Source of the DNA: a virus
IMG/VR virus record: IMGVR_UViG_3300037041_000399
Span: 1-64,000 of that record
Length of the DNA stretch: 64,000 bases
Direction: 5' to 3' (one strand)
Both the position numbers and the translations under genes were made by a program. Positions 61,830 through 64,000 of the stretch are shown here, in pieces. The notes below the pieces were generated by a model. It searched no databases. It had not been told where the DNA came from and worked only from the letters and a program-made list of their open reading frames with translations. How positions within the stretch are numbered: position 1 is the first letter of the stretch; each line of letters opens with the position of its first letter.

Positions 61830-63779
61830 ATGATGAATTATATATTCGATGTAGAGACAGATGGTCTCTTACCTAATGTAACACGCATGTGGATTATGGT
61901 CGTTAAAGATCTAAGTACAGGAAAGAAAACACGCTACTTAGAAGGAGACTTTGGTTGGAAAACTCTATTTAACAATGCTAACCAGCTAATTGGGCACAAT
62001 ATAATTGGGTATGATATTTGTGTGCTAGAGAAATTGTTTGGATACAAAGTACCTGAGAAGACTAAAATAGTTGACACATTAATTCTTTCTCAAGTATTAG
62101 ACTACAAACGTTTCGGAGATAAAGGACACTCACTAAAAGTATGGGGTGAACATCTAGGGTATCCTAAGCAAGAATTTGAAGACTGGACACAGTATTCAGA
62201 AACTATGGCTGAGTATTGCGAAAACGACGTAGAGGTTAACTTCAGAATCCTAAAAGACTTACGGGATGAACTTAAGAAAGGTGAAGAGAAGTATCCAGAG
62301 CAGTTTAAAGTCTTGACACAATATATCAAGGTAGAACATGCTGTAGCTAAATGGTGCGCTGAAGCTAGTCTTCATGGGTGGCCTTTCGATACTAATAAGG
62401 CTTATGAACTTTACGATGAACTCGAAGCAAAGATGAATAGTACTTATGAGATTCTGAATAAAAAGCTAGGTCTTAAGGTAGTTGCAGTTGACAAGAAGCT
62501 TGGTGTAGTAGAAGCTAAAAAGCCTAAGTACAAGAAAGATGGTAGTTATGATGCGCATACAGCTAGGTGGTTTGATGTCAATCCTTGGAGTGGCTTTGAG
62601 CCTGAAGATAGAATTGTTGATGGCGAGTATTGTCGTATTACGATTGAACCTCTTAGTCTTAATTCTGTAACTGATGTAAAGGTATTCTTGTATAGGCACG
62701 GCTGGAAACCAACAGATTGGAACTACAAGCTAACTGAAGACTTAAAGCGTGAAAGAACAACACCTAAGATTACTGAAGATAGTTTAGAATTCTTAGGTGG
62801 TGATGGCAAGTTGTATAGTAACTATTTAACTGAAAAAGCAAGGCATTCGATTGTAAAAACATGGTTGGAGAATGTAGATGGCAATAGTAGACTTCATGGA
62901 GACTGTATGGTTATCGGGACCCCTAGTATGCGTTCACGTCATAGTATTATTGTTAATATCCCTAGTCCTGATGCTCCATACGGGAAACAAATGAGAGCAT
63001 TGTTTAAATGTATCCCTGGTTGGAAAGTAGTAGGCTGTGATAGTGCTGGTAATCAAGCTAGAGGTCTAGCACATTTCTTAGAAGATGAAGGCTTTACAGA
63101 TATCTTACTTAATGGTGATATTCATACCTTTAATGCAGATACTCTCAATCGTATCTTGAAAGAAACACTTAATATAGATTGGAATGACTACTGGATTAAG
63201 CAAGGTGTAACGGCAGATGAGAAGCATACTCTAGAAGAGAATCTAGCATTAAGAAGAAGAAATTGTGCTAAGCGTGTATTATACGCTTTCTTATTTGGTG
63301 CCTCAGGTGGTAAGCTTTGGAGCTATATGTTCAATGGTGAAATGAATGATACAAAGGGTGCTAAAGTTAAGAAAGAGTTTATTAAAGCCGTGCCAGGATT
63401 CAAGGCACTCTTAGATAAGCTTGAAGCTATCTTTGGTAAAACGAAACAGAGAGGACTTGGGTATATCCCTAGTCTAGCGCACAATAGGGTATACGTAGAC
63501 TCCTTTCATAAACTATTGGTGTATCTCTTACAATCCGCAGAAAAGATTACTTGTGGTGCAGCTTGTATGCTAGTACAACAGTATCTTAAAGAAGAGAAAA
63601 TTCCGTATCAACCTTTGATTATGTACCATGATGAATTCCAATTAATGGTACCAGAGGAATATGCAGAACGTGCAGTAGAGCTTGGCATTAAGGCTTTCCA
63701 AGAAGGCCCTAAACTATTTGGAGTCACTATCATGGATGGCTCTGGTTCCTTTGGCGATAATTGGTTGGAGACACACTAG
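61830..63779 (+). CDS. DNA polymerase, family A (T7 gp5-like)
   Basis: Exonuclease motifs DVETDG, GHNIIGYD, YCENDV; polymerase motifs CDSAGNQAR, AKRVLYAFLFG, YHDEFQ. Confidence 0.93.
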   Translation: MMNYIFDVETDGLLPNVTRMWIMVVKDLSTGKKTRYLEGDFGWKTLFNNANQLIGHNIIGYDICVLEKLFGYKVPEKTKIVDTLILSQVLDYKRFGDKGHSLKVWGEHLGYPKQEFEDWTQYSETMAEYCENDVEVNFRILKDLRDELKKGEEKYPEQFKVLTQYIKVEHAVAKWCAEASLHGWPFDTNKAYELYDELEAKMNSTYEILNKKLGLKVVAVDKKLGVVEAKKPKYKKDGSYDAHTARWFDVNPWSGFEPEDRIVDGEYCRITIEPLSLNSVTDVKVFLYRHGWKPTDWNYKLTEDLKRERTTPKITEDSLEFLGGDGKLYSNYLTEKARHSIVKTWLENVDGNSRLHGDCMVIGTPSMRSRHSIIVNIPSPDAPYGKQMRALFKCIPGWKVVGCDSAGNQARGLAHFLEDEGFTDILLNGDIHTFNADTLNRILKETLNIDWNDYWIKQGVTADEKHTLEENLALRRRNCAKRVLYAFLFGASGGKLWSYMFNGEMNDTKGAKVKKEFIKAVPGFKALLDKLEAIFGKTKQRGLGYIPSLAHNRVYVDSFHKLLVYLLQSAEKITCGAACMLVQQYLKEEKIPYQPLIMYHDEFQLMVPEEYAERAVELGIKAFQEGPKLFGVTIMDGSGSFGDNWLETH

Positions 63780-64000
63780 TGTTTGAATGTGATTGTTGCG
63801 GTAAGATATTTCACAATGCACCATCAATTATTGATGGCATTGACAAGATGTTTTGTTCTGGGCGTTGTTCTAAGCTTGAACAAGGCATGGTAACTGAGTA
63901 CACTCATGCACAAAGAGAAGCTGTTAATAAGCATCTCGATAAAAAGAGTCTACACCCTAGAAAGAAACCTACAATAACTAATACACTAGCCTTATCACCT
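63779..64000 (+). CDS. Cys-rich (TRASH/zinc-finger-like) protein, partial, runs off the window
   Basis: GTG overlapping the polymerase stop; MFECDCCGKIF..MFCSGRCSK, open to the window end. Confidence 0.5.
   Translation, partial: MFECDCCGKIFHNAPSIIDGIDKMFCSGRCSKLEQGMVTEYTHAQREAVNKHLDKKSLHPRKKPTITNTLALSP

Noticed and set aside
1-64000. tRNA, rRNA, integrase or repressor; host assignment
   Set aside because: None recognisable by eye; the host cannot be inferred from this window

Overview
The window holds most of the genome of an AT-rich tailed dsDNA phage with siphovirus-type morphogenesis genes. Essentially all real genes are on the + strand. No integrase, tRNA or CRISPR array is visible. Gene order is: terminase; a fibre/adhesin cluster; endolysin; portal; head, neck and tail genes (two tail-tube paralogs, a -1 frameshifted tail chaperone, a 3826-aa tape measure, a 2504-aa tail tip); a GC/G-rich junction; small early genes; a T7-like RNA polymerase; SSB; and a family A DNA polymerase. 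The standout system is transcriptional. The phage encodes two single-subunit (T7-family) RNA polymerases. One (16196-21511) is fused behind a MuF/SPP1-gp7 minor head domain inside the head operon, which suggests a portal-tethered, virion-delivered RNAP. Two distinct repeated intergenic motifs fit this arrangement: CCCGTTAAATTAACCC (6 copies, resembling the T3 promoter, in front of the main modules) and GCGGAAA-N5-GTATCTTATATGAAGTAC (2 copies, early region only). The early region also carries a type III hammerhead ribozyme, a repeated covarying pseudoknot motif and other structured RNA candidates. All functional calls come from reading motifs by eye; no database searches were run.
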